From: Camelus ferus | Lineage: Eukaryota | DNA: 64,000 bases | Direction of reading: 5' to 3' | NCBI RefSeq assembly: GCF_009834535.1 | Contig: NC_045696.1 | Span: forward strand, 3,534,001-3,598,000 | In this document: piece after piece, positions 11,901-23,950 of the stretch | How the letters are laid out: the number at the start of each line of letters is the position of its first letter | Numbering within the stretch: position 1 is the stretch's first letter | Made by a program: the position numbers and the translations under genes | The notes under the pieces: generated by a model | What the model was told of the DNA's origin: nothing | Database searches by the model: none | What the model saw: the letters and a program-made list of their open reading frames with translations, nothing else

Positions 11901-12124
11901 TGCCCAAGATCCAGCCCCTGGAGCCCGACAGCCCCACCGGCCTGTCCGAAAACCCCGCTCCCGCCACCGAGAAACTGTTTGTGCCCCAGGAATCGGACAC
12001 GCTCTTTTACCACGCACCCCCCCTCTCCGCCATCACGTTTAAGAGGCAGTTTATGTGCAAACTTTGCCACAGGACATTCAAGACGGCGTTTAGTCTCTGG
12101 AGTCACGAACAAACCCACAATTAG
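8953..12124 (+). CDS. ZBTB21: Zinc finger and BTB domain-containing protein 21 (ZNF295); single coding exon with an apparent +1 frameshift at ~9631
   Basis: Splice acceptor 'gtcttccag|' ends at 8939; strong Kozak gcgcgccATGG at 8953. The N-terminus MEGLLHYINPAHAISLLSALNEERLKGQLCDV... is a BTB/POZ domain. The second frame (to TAG 12122-12124) holds nine C2H2/C2HC fingers and ends ...SLWSHEQTHN, matching human ZBTB21 as recalled. Removing 1 nt at 9631-9649 joins the frames into 1056 aa. Confidence 0.97.
10527..11126 (+). other. ZBTB21: In-frame exitron (alternative intron inside the ZBTB21 coding exon)
   Basis: Donor TTG|GTGAGT at 10527; acceptor ctctcttctcttctAG| ends at 11126; 600 nt, phase 1 at both ends. 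Fits the recalled human long (1066 aa) and short (865 aa) ZNF295 isoforms. Confidence 0.8.
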
Positions 12125-15100
12125 AAGACCGTCCCCCCTCACCCGTTAGGAGCTGGGAGCCGGTCTCCAGATTTCAGCCCGAATTGTGAACTGTGTCATA
12201 AGAAACAAAATATTTTTGAAAAAGAATAATAAAAGTTGGAAATTGTTATGCTTGAATATAAGTTTGAGGTAAACTGATATTAATTTGTAATGTCCTTACT
12301 CAACCTAGAAAAAAACTAAAAAATATTGTGCTTCTGGACCTTACAGTCACAGGATGATTTGACTTCATTGATGTTGAAATTTGTTCTTGGTTGTTTGCAT
12401 GGTTCCTCACTCCATGGTGTCAGTATAATCTTTTACTTGAGGTGGTTTGTTTTTTCCACTGGTTTGCAATTAGAGAAACACTGTGACAGTGTTTCTTCTT
12501 TTAATTATATTAAGACACCTAAGTTCTAGTTAAATCTTAGCCATGTTCTTAAGTCAAACATGTCAGAACGAAGTGGAGTAGTTTGCAGTATTGATTAAAA
12601 TCTTAGAGTCCTTCAGCAATAAAAAAAAAAAGTGATAAACCTCAACTTTAATAAGTTATCCTGACACTTGATAAAAATAAATATTTGGTATTTTGTGGTC
12701 ATGTAGAACTCTTTTTTTGTATGAAAATTGTGAGAAATTTAAATCAGCAATAGTAATACTTAGATTTTTATAAAATAACAAAAAACTGGCTCTTGGGTCA
12801 TTTCTTATAATTAGTGACTGAAGACTTGGGGAATGAAAACAGTAGGATTTCCGGAAGCCCCTGTACGTCAGTTTCCAAATCCCCGGCAGCGGCGGGCTCC
12901 CTGGGCACAGCGGTCTAGGCTCTGAATTCATACCAGCACTGAAGGGCTGTGCGTGTTTGCTCCCCCAAGTCTGTGCTGTCCCAGATTGAAAATCTGAGTG
13001 TACTGGGGGCAAAATACAAAGGTAGCACATGGCACTAATAACAACATTAGTGTAACAAGGTTGGGATAAAGATTTACGTAGCGCCCAGGCCCCCCGGAGT
13101 GAGTACAGCTGCTCTGAATCCCAAAGTACCTTTTGCTTCCTGGGACTTGAAGCAGAGGGAGAAACCACACTGCATTCTCCACATGCTCTTCAAGAACAAT
13201 ATTTACGGTCATCAGTTTTCCTGCCTCTTTGCCCTGTGATTTCTGTTAGAATTTTTTGGAGTTTATCGTGGTAGAACGTTCACAGTGAAACCATTCTGCT
13301 TTAAGTCATTGCTGAATATTTCATACATATGTATTAAAGCACTCTCAAGGGTCCAAAAGTCATTTTTGCTATTTATTTTGGCCCATAGGGTCTGGGGTTT
13401 TTTTTTTTTCCTGTTTTGTGTAGGTTGTAATTCAAAGCCTTTCAGTAGGTGTAATCCAAAGTTCAGTGGGGTGTTTCAAAAGGAAAAAAAATCACTGCAC
13501 TGGTAGGGAGGTTAGATACGTAAAGTAGAAATACTGCCGAAGCCCCTAACTCCTTTTAAGGCCGTGATGGAGTAAGCCTCCAAGTTTACTGAATTCTTTT
13601 TTTCTTTTTCCGCAAGCTATTTCAAATAACAAAGTCAACTTCTGTGAGTAAGAAATACTCTGCTGCGTACGTGGATCGGCACTGTGGCAGGAAGCACCCT
13701 GTCCTCACCCACACGGCCCCGCGCTCCGGACAGGTGGTAGGAAAGGTACTCTCACTTTCTTGTCGAAGCACAAGCATTCTTACACATTTCTAATTGGCTT
13801 TGAAATCTTGCCTTTTATTCTTTCATTTGGAAACTATCAGAAGTCCCCAGATGTTCGCGTGGTCCTCTTTTTGTTCTTAAATTTGATAGAAAAATTAAAA
13901 TTAAGTTGCAGTTGTCATTGATTACCATCTTTACATTTTCTTGAAGAAATCTATGCATTTTAAAGACAAAACTAAAGCATATGATTTTATGTGAATTCTT
14001 ACTCTGAACACCCTGGGAGCTGTAACTTCAGAAGAAGATAGTTTCCTTCAGAGTAGTCATTACTTATTAGTAATTCCGTGATACGCAGGATGCTGGCACT
14101 GTAAATTCAGCATCCCAGGAACTGAACCTTTATGCTACATTTTTGAAGATTTTTAATAACATTAATTAGTACAGAAAGTATTTTTGATCTAAATATAGGC
14201 TCTGCATATCTGTTAGATTTTAAAAATTGCCAGTGTTTTATCTTGTTCACGTTTTTGTCTAGGCAAGGAACATAAGATTTCAAATAAAATTTTGAACCAA
14301 AAACATTTATAATGCAGTTCTGGTTTTTCTATTACTTTTTATACTGTACCTTAAAAGCGTTAAGCTGAAAGTTTATTTTGGTGGTCAAAAAATATGCTTC
14401 CACTCATTCAACTATTTTAAACGTTAAGATGTAAACTATGAAATAATGAAAGACATGTTAATTACTTCATTCAGTGAACAGGTTTTTTTAAGAATGTTTA
14501 TCTCAGCCAGTGGGCAAATACTTGGCTTAAGACAGGTTGGTCTTTTCTTGCTGAAACGTATTAGCTAGTAAAGGATATTCTTGAAAATGTTTTTTTCTGA
14601 TTGTAATTAATTTTTGAAAATGTAGAAAGGCCATTATTCCTTGTAAGTATTCAGGGTGCCTGCTTTTTTATGCAGTTGTGGAAAGAATGTCAGATGTTTT
14701 AATATATTCTTTGTTAACCTGAAAACTTGCTGTTGAATCCTTTCCTTCGTGGGGGAGGGAGGAACACCACAAAAAGTGTGTGTTTTTCAAAGTAAGCAAT
14801 GGAAGTAACAGTGTGCATTTTTATAGTAATATTTAAATTAATATTAGAGGTAATAGAACATTCACCTTAAAGCTAGTTACGGTTAGTATATACGTTTACA
14901 ATTTTGTTAAAATATTCAACTAACAATTTGATAGTGATGCTGTTTGCATTTGTGGGGAGATGGATGCGATTCTTGGTTTTCTGTTTTAGAACAGATCATC
15001 ATAGCCTTCTCTTAAAAAATACGTCCCAGCGCCTAATCGGTGAGCATCTACACCCACTGGTGCTGAGAGTAGAAACCAAGACAGGATTAACATATGCCCT

Positions 15101-15192
15101 TTGGTGGAGGTGAGAGATGTCTTCAGGCCAACTGGGCGGTCGGGTGAGGAGGAGACGGGTGGGCTGATCCAAGTCGGCCTTTGTTCCCTCAG

Positions 15193-15194
<2 letters not shown>

Positions 15195-15226
<32 letters not shown>

Positions 15227-15238
15227 CGCGCGCGTGTG
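15195..15238. repeat. (TG)15-AG-(CG)5-(TG)2 compound microsatellite
   Basis: Read directly from the sequence. Confidence 0.95.
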
Positions 15239-16095
15239 TATGTACTACCTGAATCTGGAACTTCAGCAAGTAAAATTATCTTAATTTTCTTACTACAAAA
15301 ATACTTAGATGCCACTCATAACCTGTTTCTTTATAAATTGCACTAATTAATACTGGAATATTATGAGTCAGCTTCCCAATTTCTGATGTCTCATTGATGT
15401 TTTTTGCAATAATTGTGAAAAGCATTATTGATGTAAATAATGCTAACACGTATTCTTTAATAAGTTCTTTAACACTGGCTTTTTTTTTAAGTTTTACAAA
15501 TTGGTTTTTCCCTTGTGGCTTTAGCACTTTAAGATTGGCGTTTGCGTAGTTCTTGGCGAGCCGCTCAGGGCTTCCCGGTGTGTGCCCTAGCCTGCCGCCT
15601 TGCCACGTGACTGGGGAGAACCCTCAACGGTCCGTGTTTAGATTCTGGAGGCGAGGAAAATGAGTCAATGTCAGGTTTTTTTCAAAATTCCATGTAGAGA
15701 GTCATTTGGGAACCAAAGTATTTTACTGTAAATCTTTAAAATAATTGAATTTTAGTCATTTAGCAGTGCTGCCCAGATTTTCCACAAAATTACACTTGGT
15801 TAATACTGATTTTCAAAAGGTGATAATTTCCTGTTGACATTAATCCAACGCTGTTTCAGAATTTTCGTTGAATAAATGCTTACTGCTAAAAGAAAAACAA
15901 ATGTGGTTTTATAATTGTATTTTGTTGTTATATGCCTTAGCAGAGAAATCACTGTTCAATTTTATTTAGGAATAAGCTTTTTCGGACTAAAAATTCATAG
16001 TAAAATAGGACTTCTATCTGATGTTAATCCATTGCTTATTTGTATCCAATTGTCTGTTTACTTTGCTTAAATCTTGACTAAGATTGATTGGAGTC

Positions 16096-16101
16096 AATAA
16101 A
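16096..16101 (+). terminator. Likely main polyadenylation signal of ZBTB21
   Basis: AATAAA followed by a U/GU-rich tract (tttgtactgtattttgttttg...ggtatgttttg); other AATAAA at 12228, 12618 and 15871. Confidence 0.55.
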
Positions 16102-18149
16102 TTTGTACTGTATTTTGTTTTGAGTCGTGGTCTCATTGGTATGTTTTGAACCTTAGTGATACAAGTTGCACTAAAGCTTAAGTCATTTGGGCCCCATAAA
16201 TATGTGGTAACTAAAACCCTGTGAGCGGCAGTCTGCCTGGCCACCTTTTTCTGTTCAGAGTAGTGGTTTTTCAAGTGATCGTGGGGTAAATGCGTAAAAG
16301 GAAGAGTTTAGCTCCCTGCGTTGACATTTCAGCATAGCAATCGACACAGTAGCTTTGTTCATAATTTAAGGGATTCCACGTTGCAGCATCTGTTTTCATT
16401 CCAATGAGATGCTTCCAAAACACTGAGCTGTGTCGACTTGCGTGACATTAGCTTCCCCTATAGGGTGAAGAGCAGAGCTGAGGGCGTGCCAGATTGCCGC
16501 TGAGGGCTGGCTGGACGCAGGGGAGGGAGAGGGGACACACTGGGTGACGGTGCCAGTTCCTCCACCTGCGTGTGCCCTCACCCCTTCTGGTGGTTTTGTT
16601 TTCCTTGCCTGATATCCCAAACTAGCCTTTCTTGGGAGCCTCTGGCTAGAAGTTTCTTGAACAAGGCACTGGGAATAAATGTTTGAATCTTTATTTTAAT
16701 CTACTTTAGCCCTGCTGTTCAATTTGCCACCAAATACTGTTTTGCTTTAAAAACTGAGGTTTGCCCTTTGTTAGTAATGACAGGCTTTCTGAGGTTTGGG
16801 CTTGTTGCAGCCCTGCTGGCAGCCTCCTCGGTCGTAGGCACACACTCAAGACAGTAAACTCTGTGGTGGCAAAGCCATGTGTCCAACATGTAATACTTTC
16901 CCAGCTGGGGGCCAGATCTTGGCTTTATGAACATGAAAGTTGAGTGGCAGGTATTCCTCATACAAGGCGGATCTCTGGAGAAAATGTTTCCCCTCGTTGT
17001 CATAGAAGCACTTTAAAAATAAAGCCTGGTGCGGCCCTGCTGTGGCGTGAACTGGGCTGTCAGGGCTGGCTGTCGGCCCCCATCCTCCGCAGCAGGGTCC
17101 TCACAGCCATGCCTGCCTGCTTGTCACCCAGCTGAAGGTCTTAGGTCCCGTTTGCTGTGGTTGGCATCACTTCCTCCAGGAAATACCTCCCCACCCCTAG
17201 CCACCCACTCCTCACTCCAGCCGTTGCCCTCCTGATTGTCCCCCGAAACCCCAACACAACCCTTCCTACTGTCCCCTTACTGCCTACCGCCTGACCCACA
17301 CACAGTTTGTGCCACGAGACTGGGAGGGGCCCGAGGGAAGGGGCTGTTATGTGTCTCTGTCTTTACAGGACCGGACCAGGGAAGGGGCCTATTAAGTGTC
17401 TTTGACAAATAAATACAGCAAAAAAATAAAGTCCTGAAAAAGACCAGAAACAACCAGACTTTTTTTTTTTTTTAGGTAATGTTAGAAGAAAACTTCCTGA
17501 ATATTTCTGCACATAATCCCCAGATTTTGATTCAGCTACTCAATAAGAGACCCCTAAGTGTATTTTAATTTTTAAACGGTTCTCCGGAAGCCCAAGCAGG
17601 AAGGGAAATGTTCGAACAGCAAGCATCAGGTAGACGAGCCCCTTCAGCTTTGTAGATGCACCACCCTTGTGCTGCTGGGCTGGCTTTCGGGGGGTGGGGA
17701 GGTCCCAGCACTGCCGCAGCGCCCGTCAGTCACGTCAGCGCGGCCGGCTGCCTGGGCAGGCGGCTCGGCGGACCTCGGAGAGCCGCAGCTCGTGGGCAGC
17801 TGTTACTAGGGTGGTCGGAACAGCAGGACGCCGCTGCTCACGTGTGTCTGGGATTTTGTAAAGGAGTAACAGGCTTGTTTCCCTCCCTTCTTATTTTTTT
17901 CACTTGCCCTTCCTGCCCCGTGCAGATAGCCCCATATTCTCTGGTCTCCCTCGATCTGGAATATTCCTCAGCCTGTCTGACTCCTATGGCCTTGATAACT
18001 TTGAAGATGGGGGGCCAGTCGCCTTGACTTCCTCAACCGGAGTTTGTCTGGTGTTTTCTCAGGACGAGACTATGTTACATATTTTTGAACCAGAGTAACA
18101 CAGAGGCTGTGTTCTTTCCACTTCAGCCTATGGGTGGCACACGACTCCT

Positions 18150-18950
18150 GTGTGTCCTGTTACCAACGGTATTAATTTCAATCCTTTGACTGAGCTCTTT
18201 CCTGCCAGGCTTCTTCACTATGTTTCCCCCCTTTGTAGTTAATAAATGTTTTGCAGGGAGACATTTTGAGACTCTGTAAAAGTCCATTCCTCATCGCACT
18301 TTTACCCACTAATTTTAGCATCTGTTGATGTTTCTGTGTCTTGCCTGAATTATTTCTATAGTTGTTGCCAAATGGAGATTTTCTCAAACCTCCATTCTTT
18401 CTTCATTTATTTGTGGGCTTTTGACTGCAAGAAAAACAAATGTTCTGTTACTCTCGTTAATTTATTTACTTGCTTATGTGTTGAGGGTCGTGGATTCCTA
18501 TTCTATTCAATGGTTTATGATCAGTTGCTGTCATTTTCTTTTATTTTGATGCTCAGATTATTCTAGGTTTAGCTAGTGGGAACTTCACACTGGCTTCTCT
18601 GACTCTGGCATGTCCCCTTTATTCTTGCTTTCTGACTCATCAAGATGTTCCAGACCCATCTCACTCCTTCCAGGCCAGGCCCCCCAAACAAGCCATTTCT
18701 CTAAGGAATCTGATCCCTTTTAGTGGACAGTGGTGTTTGGAGACCAGGAGCTGGGCACTAAGTGTGCTTGCTGATACTAACTAAAGTGTGGGTGCTCCCA
18801 GGCCCTTCATCGGATGGACTTCAAGGGAAAAAATATACACGAACTTACACATGCATCTGGACTTATTTCTGAATCTTCTGGACCTATGGACATGTTCAGG
18901 AATCTGTGAGTTCACACTCACAGCTTCAGTTCCAATCCAACTTCACACGG
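18150..18950 (-). mobile_element. Old L1M (L1MC-like) 3' region fragment
   Basis: 'cttcttcactatgtttccccctttgtagttaataaatg...gagacattttgagactctgtaaaag' and following T-rich sequence resemble the L1MC 3' UTR and the segment at 48.4-49.1 kb. Confidence 0.6.
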
Positions 18951-19179
18951 CCTATTCCACGGCTGCCCTCTCTGACAGTGAGGCTCCCACTCCCTCTGTC
19001 TCCCTGCACGCAGCCAGCCTCCTGCCCGCTTGGGCCTGCCTTCCACACTCAGCTAATTGCCCACAGTGTGGGGAGCTACCTAATGGCTTTTAACAAAGGA
19101 GAGATGGCTGGAGGAACGAAGGAGGGAAGGAGCAAGGAAAGGAGGGAGGGAGAGAGGGAGGACTATAATTGTCTCCTTG

Positions 19180-21340
19180 TCTCTTTTTCCTTTCAGTTCT
19201 ATCCATTTTGTATCACGTAGTTTAACACTGATACTAGGTGCATAAATGTACAGGTTGATCAATTGACTCCTTTATCATTTTTTAAATGACTTCTTTATCT
19301 GCTGTGAAGTCTACTTCATTTGCATTGCTATAACTACTCCAGCTTTCTTCTGACTAATTTTAGCATGGTATATATGTTCCATTCTTCTGCTTGTAACCTG
19401 TTTGTGTCATTGTATTTAAAGTGTGTCTCTTGTCGGCAGTGTGTATTCGGGCACTGATTTTTTAAATCCAATCTGACATCCTCTGTCTTTTACTCTAATG
19501 TCTTTCGATCATTTACGTTTAACATAATTATTGATATGGTTGCATTTAAATCTACCATCCTATTGTCTACTTGCTACTTATTTCACCCATTCTGTGTTCC
19601 CTGTTTTCTCTTTTTCTTTCTTTTTTGTATTAACTGAATTTTTAATGATTTCGCTAGTAATTTTTATGATTTCATTTATCATCTTGGTTGGCTTATCAGC
19701 TACAGCTTTGTTTCATTATTTTAGTGGCTGCTTTTGGTTTGCAGTATGCACCTTTACTTTATCATGGTCTGCCCTCAGTAATATCATGCCATTACATGGG
19801 TGATACAAGAATTGACAGCTTACACTTCTCCGTCTTTGTGCCGTGGTTGTCATACGCTTCACATCTGTGTATGGTGTAAGCCCCACAATACATTGTCATT
19901 ATTTTTGCTATAATAGTCAATTAAATTTTTAAAGGAATTTAATTAATAAGAAACTAAGTCCTTATATTTACCCATGTACGTTTCCACTCCTGGCACTCTT
20001 CACTTCACCTGCAGATCCGAGTTTCTAGACGGAATCGTTGTCCTTCTGCCTGAAGGGCATTAATGCTGACATATCTTGTGAAGGTCTACTGGTGCTGAAT
20101 CACTTCGGCTTGTGTATGTCTAGAGAAGTCTTTATTTTGCCAATTTTGAAAGATAGTTTTCTGAGTATAGAACTCTAGAATGGATAGCTATTTCCTTCAG
20201 TACTTTAAAGATGTTGCTTCACTGTTTCTACCTTGAATTATTTCCTATAAGAAACCTGCCATCCTTATCTTTGTTCCCCTAAACATAATATATCATTTTT
20301 GCTTTTAAGTTTTTCTCTTTATTAGCAGCTTTATGAATCTGATTATGATGCACCATGGTGTACTTTTATGGTGTGTGTGTGTTTCTGTGTGTGTGTGTGT
20401 GTGTGTCCATGCACATGGGGGCTCATTTAATTTCTTGGATGTTTGAGTTTACAGTTTTTATCAGATTTGGAAATTTTTCAGCCCTTATTTCTTTAAATAT
20501 TTTTTTCTTTCTTCTCTCTCCTTCAGGACTCCAATTACACACTTACTAGGCCATTTGAAATTGTCCCAGAGATCACCGTTGCTTTTTTAAAATTTTCCCT
20601 TTTGTTCTCTCTGTTTCGTTTTGGGTGGTTTCTAATGTTATGCTTGTAGTTTATCAGCTTTTTTTTTCCCCTGCAACATCTAATCTGCTATTAACCATCT
20701 GGTGTAGTTTTCATCTCTAGAAATTTGATTTGGATCTTATTTATATCTTGTATGACTCTACTTAACATGTTTGATCTTTCCTCTTGCTTCTTGAACATAT
20801 GGAATTCAGTTAAAGCAACTTTTTTTATGTCCTTCTATACTAATTCTATCATCTGTTCCATTTCTGGCTTGGTTTTGATTTACTTTTTTTTCTCCCCATT
20901 CTGGGTACCGGTTTTCTGCCCTTGGCGTATCTGGTAATTTTTGTCAGATGGTAGACACTGTGAATTTCACCTTTTCGGGTGCCGAGTGTTTTTCTAGTCC
21001 TATAAATATTCTAGAGCTTTGTTTGGGGGACATAATTAACTTGGAAGCCGCTGTATCTTTTTAGGTTTTGTTTTTAAACTGCACTAAGTGGGATCAGAGC
21101 AGAATTTAATCTAGGGCTAATTTTGCTCCACTACTGAGGCAAACACACTCCTTCTACCCAGTGTCCCATGAATTATTTAAAGTGCTGTGAGCTCCAGGGT
21201 TGTTCCCTCTTGTTCATTCAGGTGGCTCTCTTCCTGGCCTCCGAAGTTTCCTCATACGCGTGTGCTGATCAGTACTTGGCTGAGGAATCACGAGGCCTCT
21301 GTCTGAGCAGCTTTCCCCCCTCTGCCGCTCTCCCCTCAGA
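19180..21340 (-). mobile_element. Old L1M LINE fragment (ORF2/ORF1 region, heavily decayed)
   Basis: Long T-rich tract with L1 antisense motifs 'actactccagctttc...tagcatggtatat', 'aaatccaatctgaca', 'gagtatagaactctag', 'ttttcagcccttatttctttaaatat'. Confidence 0.75.
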
Positions 21341-23769
21341 ACCCTAGCCCCACGTCTCCCCGGGCCTCCTGGCTCCAGCTCCTCAATCGCTTTTTCATAC
21401 GCTTTTTTAGGAATCCACTTGTTTCAAGCCAGATGGCAAATGCAGTCTCCATTACCCCATCTCGGTCAGAAGGGGCACTGAGACTAGTTGCTCTATTATC
21501 AGTAGGTCAGCTGGCACGCCCTAAAGCTCTGAGCGCTGCACGCCCGCGGACGTTGCACCAAAACCCGCCTGCGGAAGATTCTTCCAAATGCCAAGCAGCT
21601 CATAAGTGAAAGAACTCAATAGGGGTTTTCTCCAACTTGACCAAAAAAGTCACATATGCATCTCCATAAATCCAAACTAAACTGTCCCGTCCTCAGCTCA
21701 CTTTCCTTCAGGTCAGTCTCCAAAAGTGTATGTTCCTCTCAACACCAACCACTGTGGAAGGGGCTACGGTGGAGGGGATGTCAGCATGGAAGCAGACAGC
21801 CCTCGCGCTCAGCGTGCGCTTGGTCACGCTTCCCTGCAGCGTGGCACAGGAGGGTAGTTTATGAGTGGCCTGCACAGTGAGGGCCCTGGGGCCTAGCTTC
21901 ATCAGCGTCGCAGTAAACCTGCCTCTGTTTTCTTCGTTTATATTAAAAAAGCCCCCATGACAACTCGTGAACATGAATTTCATAATCTGGTGACAAGTCA
22001 CAACCTACCGTTAGACCCTATACTGTGCCCAGGACTTGGGATGACTGGGTAGCGAGGGTGTCCTCTGTAGGAGGAGGCTGGGGGCGGGGGGCAACTTGTG
22101 ACTTGCTGGCCGAAGGAGGAGCCATGCCTTTTGACCCTCAGTGTTCCTGGTGGCTGGCTGACATGTAGTAAAAATGGCAGGTGCACCAGACCTATTTTTC
22201 TCTCTTGTGGTAAAGACATCAGGACGGAGCCTTGATTTTACAGCTCGAAACAGACATCTGGTGTGTAAGGAAGCAGAGATTTGGTCTAATGGTCTCAGTG
22301 ATGGAAGGTAGGTTTTCACAGACTTTAAACTTGGGTCTCCAAGTTGAGTTCACGGAGCTTATCAAGAACCAGTTTCCATTCACAAAATCAAAGACCAAAG
22401 ATGGATTATTGAATAGTAGGTAATGTTTAATGTTATTTTTGTCTGATTTTTTTTAGTAACGTAAAAGAACCAGCCAAGGGCAGGAGGCACATTCCAAGTT
22501 GGGTGACAGCTCGGGGTGGGCTGTCGGCGCTGCGCAAATCAGGAAGGAAAACAGGGCCCCTGGAGGCACCCCGTCTCAAGGGAGGCCCCACAGAGCTCCC
22601 ACGGTGACAGCGCCCAGCCCACCAACCTGGGGTCAGAACTGGGGCCTCCTGGCCCGTCTCTGAGCGAGGCCGGCAACCCGGGAGAGCGGCCGCCCCATTC
22701 TGTTCAGATTCACTTCTGATTCTCTCACCAGTGACAGCAGCCCCCAAACTAAAGACATCCAGCAGGACGGTGGGGCTTGGCAGCCGGGACACCGGCCTCT
22801 GTTTGGGTCAGGCCTTCAGGCCTAGACGGGTCAACAGGCTGTTGACAGGCACCTGAGATGGCAGGTGTGACAGCGGGATCTCCGTCTTTGGAGCCAGGCG
22901 AGCAGAGTCAGGTGTGTGGGGGAAGCTCTCCCAACCTGGGCCTCCTTCCCGTGACCCCTGGCCTCCTGCAGCCCTTGCGATGCTGCTGCCCGGGGTGAGA
23001 AGAGGACCGACCTGCCGGCAGGAAAGAGGCCTGCCCCAGAGCCCTGCCTGCCGGGCGCCTGGCCTACCTGGCCTGGGGCTCGGCTGAAAGACCCCGGCCG
23101 AGGGTCCACGTGGCTCCCAGCGCTAATGATGCCAGTCTGCCTCCTTGTTCACTGGTTACTTCACCCCCAACTTATTCAGAACTGCAGGGGGGAAACGGGG
23201 TGCTGCTTCAGGGGCCCCACTTGGAGAGCCTAATGTAAGGTGCACCTGAAAGGGGGCGCATAGGTGTCCTGAGCCTTCACAGGGCGGCTCCCAGAAACCT
23301 CAGCCTGGTCGGGTTGGCATCGCTCCCTGACAGCATTCCAGACGGATCATTAAGCAGACGATTTACAAAGATTTAGAAAACAGCAGATGCTGAGATCCAG
23401 CCAGTTTGCTATGATCTGCTCCCAGTACACATCTCTGGTTTCCAAGTTCCAGAACCGTGGCTGCAGACGCCTAAGATGTAGCAAGCCCATCAGAGAACCC
23501 GTGATCCACCCCCCTCTCCCCTCCAAACTGCTCCCAGCCCAGCGTCTCTGTGAGGGCTTACACCCCCACCCACGGATGAGACCAGCAGTCCCCTAGCCCT
23601 GGCCCTTCCTCCACCCCGCCCTTTCCTCCACTCCGCCCTCCCAGATTCCTCAGCAGGTGCCCTTGACCCTCCCATCACTCCTGTCTCTCCCCACAGAGCC
23701 CCGACAGGGCTCAGGGCCTCACACTCCCCAACTCCCGCCAAAACCATCCACTTCAGAGTGTCCCAGGAT

Positions 23770-23950
23770 GGGACTTCTCAGCTGTAATGTGCACTGAAGT
23801 CCCCAGGGCTCTACTTAAAATGCAGGCTTGGATTCCAAGGGGCCGGGTGGGGTTGAAGGGAGGCCTGAGAGGAGGCCTGAGCGTCTGCATTTCCCACAAG
23901 CTCACGGGTGATGCAGCTGCCGCTGGTCCCAGCCGCACTTTGCATCGCAA
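23770..23950 (+). mobile_element. MER5A-like hAT-Charlie MITE
   Basis: 'aaaatgcagg...ggcctgagcgtctgcatttcccacaagctcacgggtgatgc...gctggtcccagccgcactttg' resembles MER5A. Confidence 0.6.

Larger units (their letters stand above)
12125..16120 (+). other. ZBTB21: ZBTB21 3' UTR (~4 kb, AU-rich)
   Basis: AT-rich and nearly free of interspersed repeats from the stop codon to the AATAAA at 16096; end position inferred. Confidence 0.6.

Noticed and set aside
11123-12142. 339-aa antisense ORF and other ORFs overlapping ZBTB21
   Set aside because: These are shadow ORFs expected opposite very GC-rich coding sequence, with no recognisable domain.
13698-13734. 7-bp hairpin cctgtcc...ggacagg in the 3' UTR
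   Set aside because: Too short to exceed chance expectation.
23245-23262. CTCF-like motif (agggggcgc); similar weak matches at ~33915 and ~57690
   Set aside because: The 5' half of the motif matches poorly; not supportable without ChIP data or PWM scoring.
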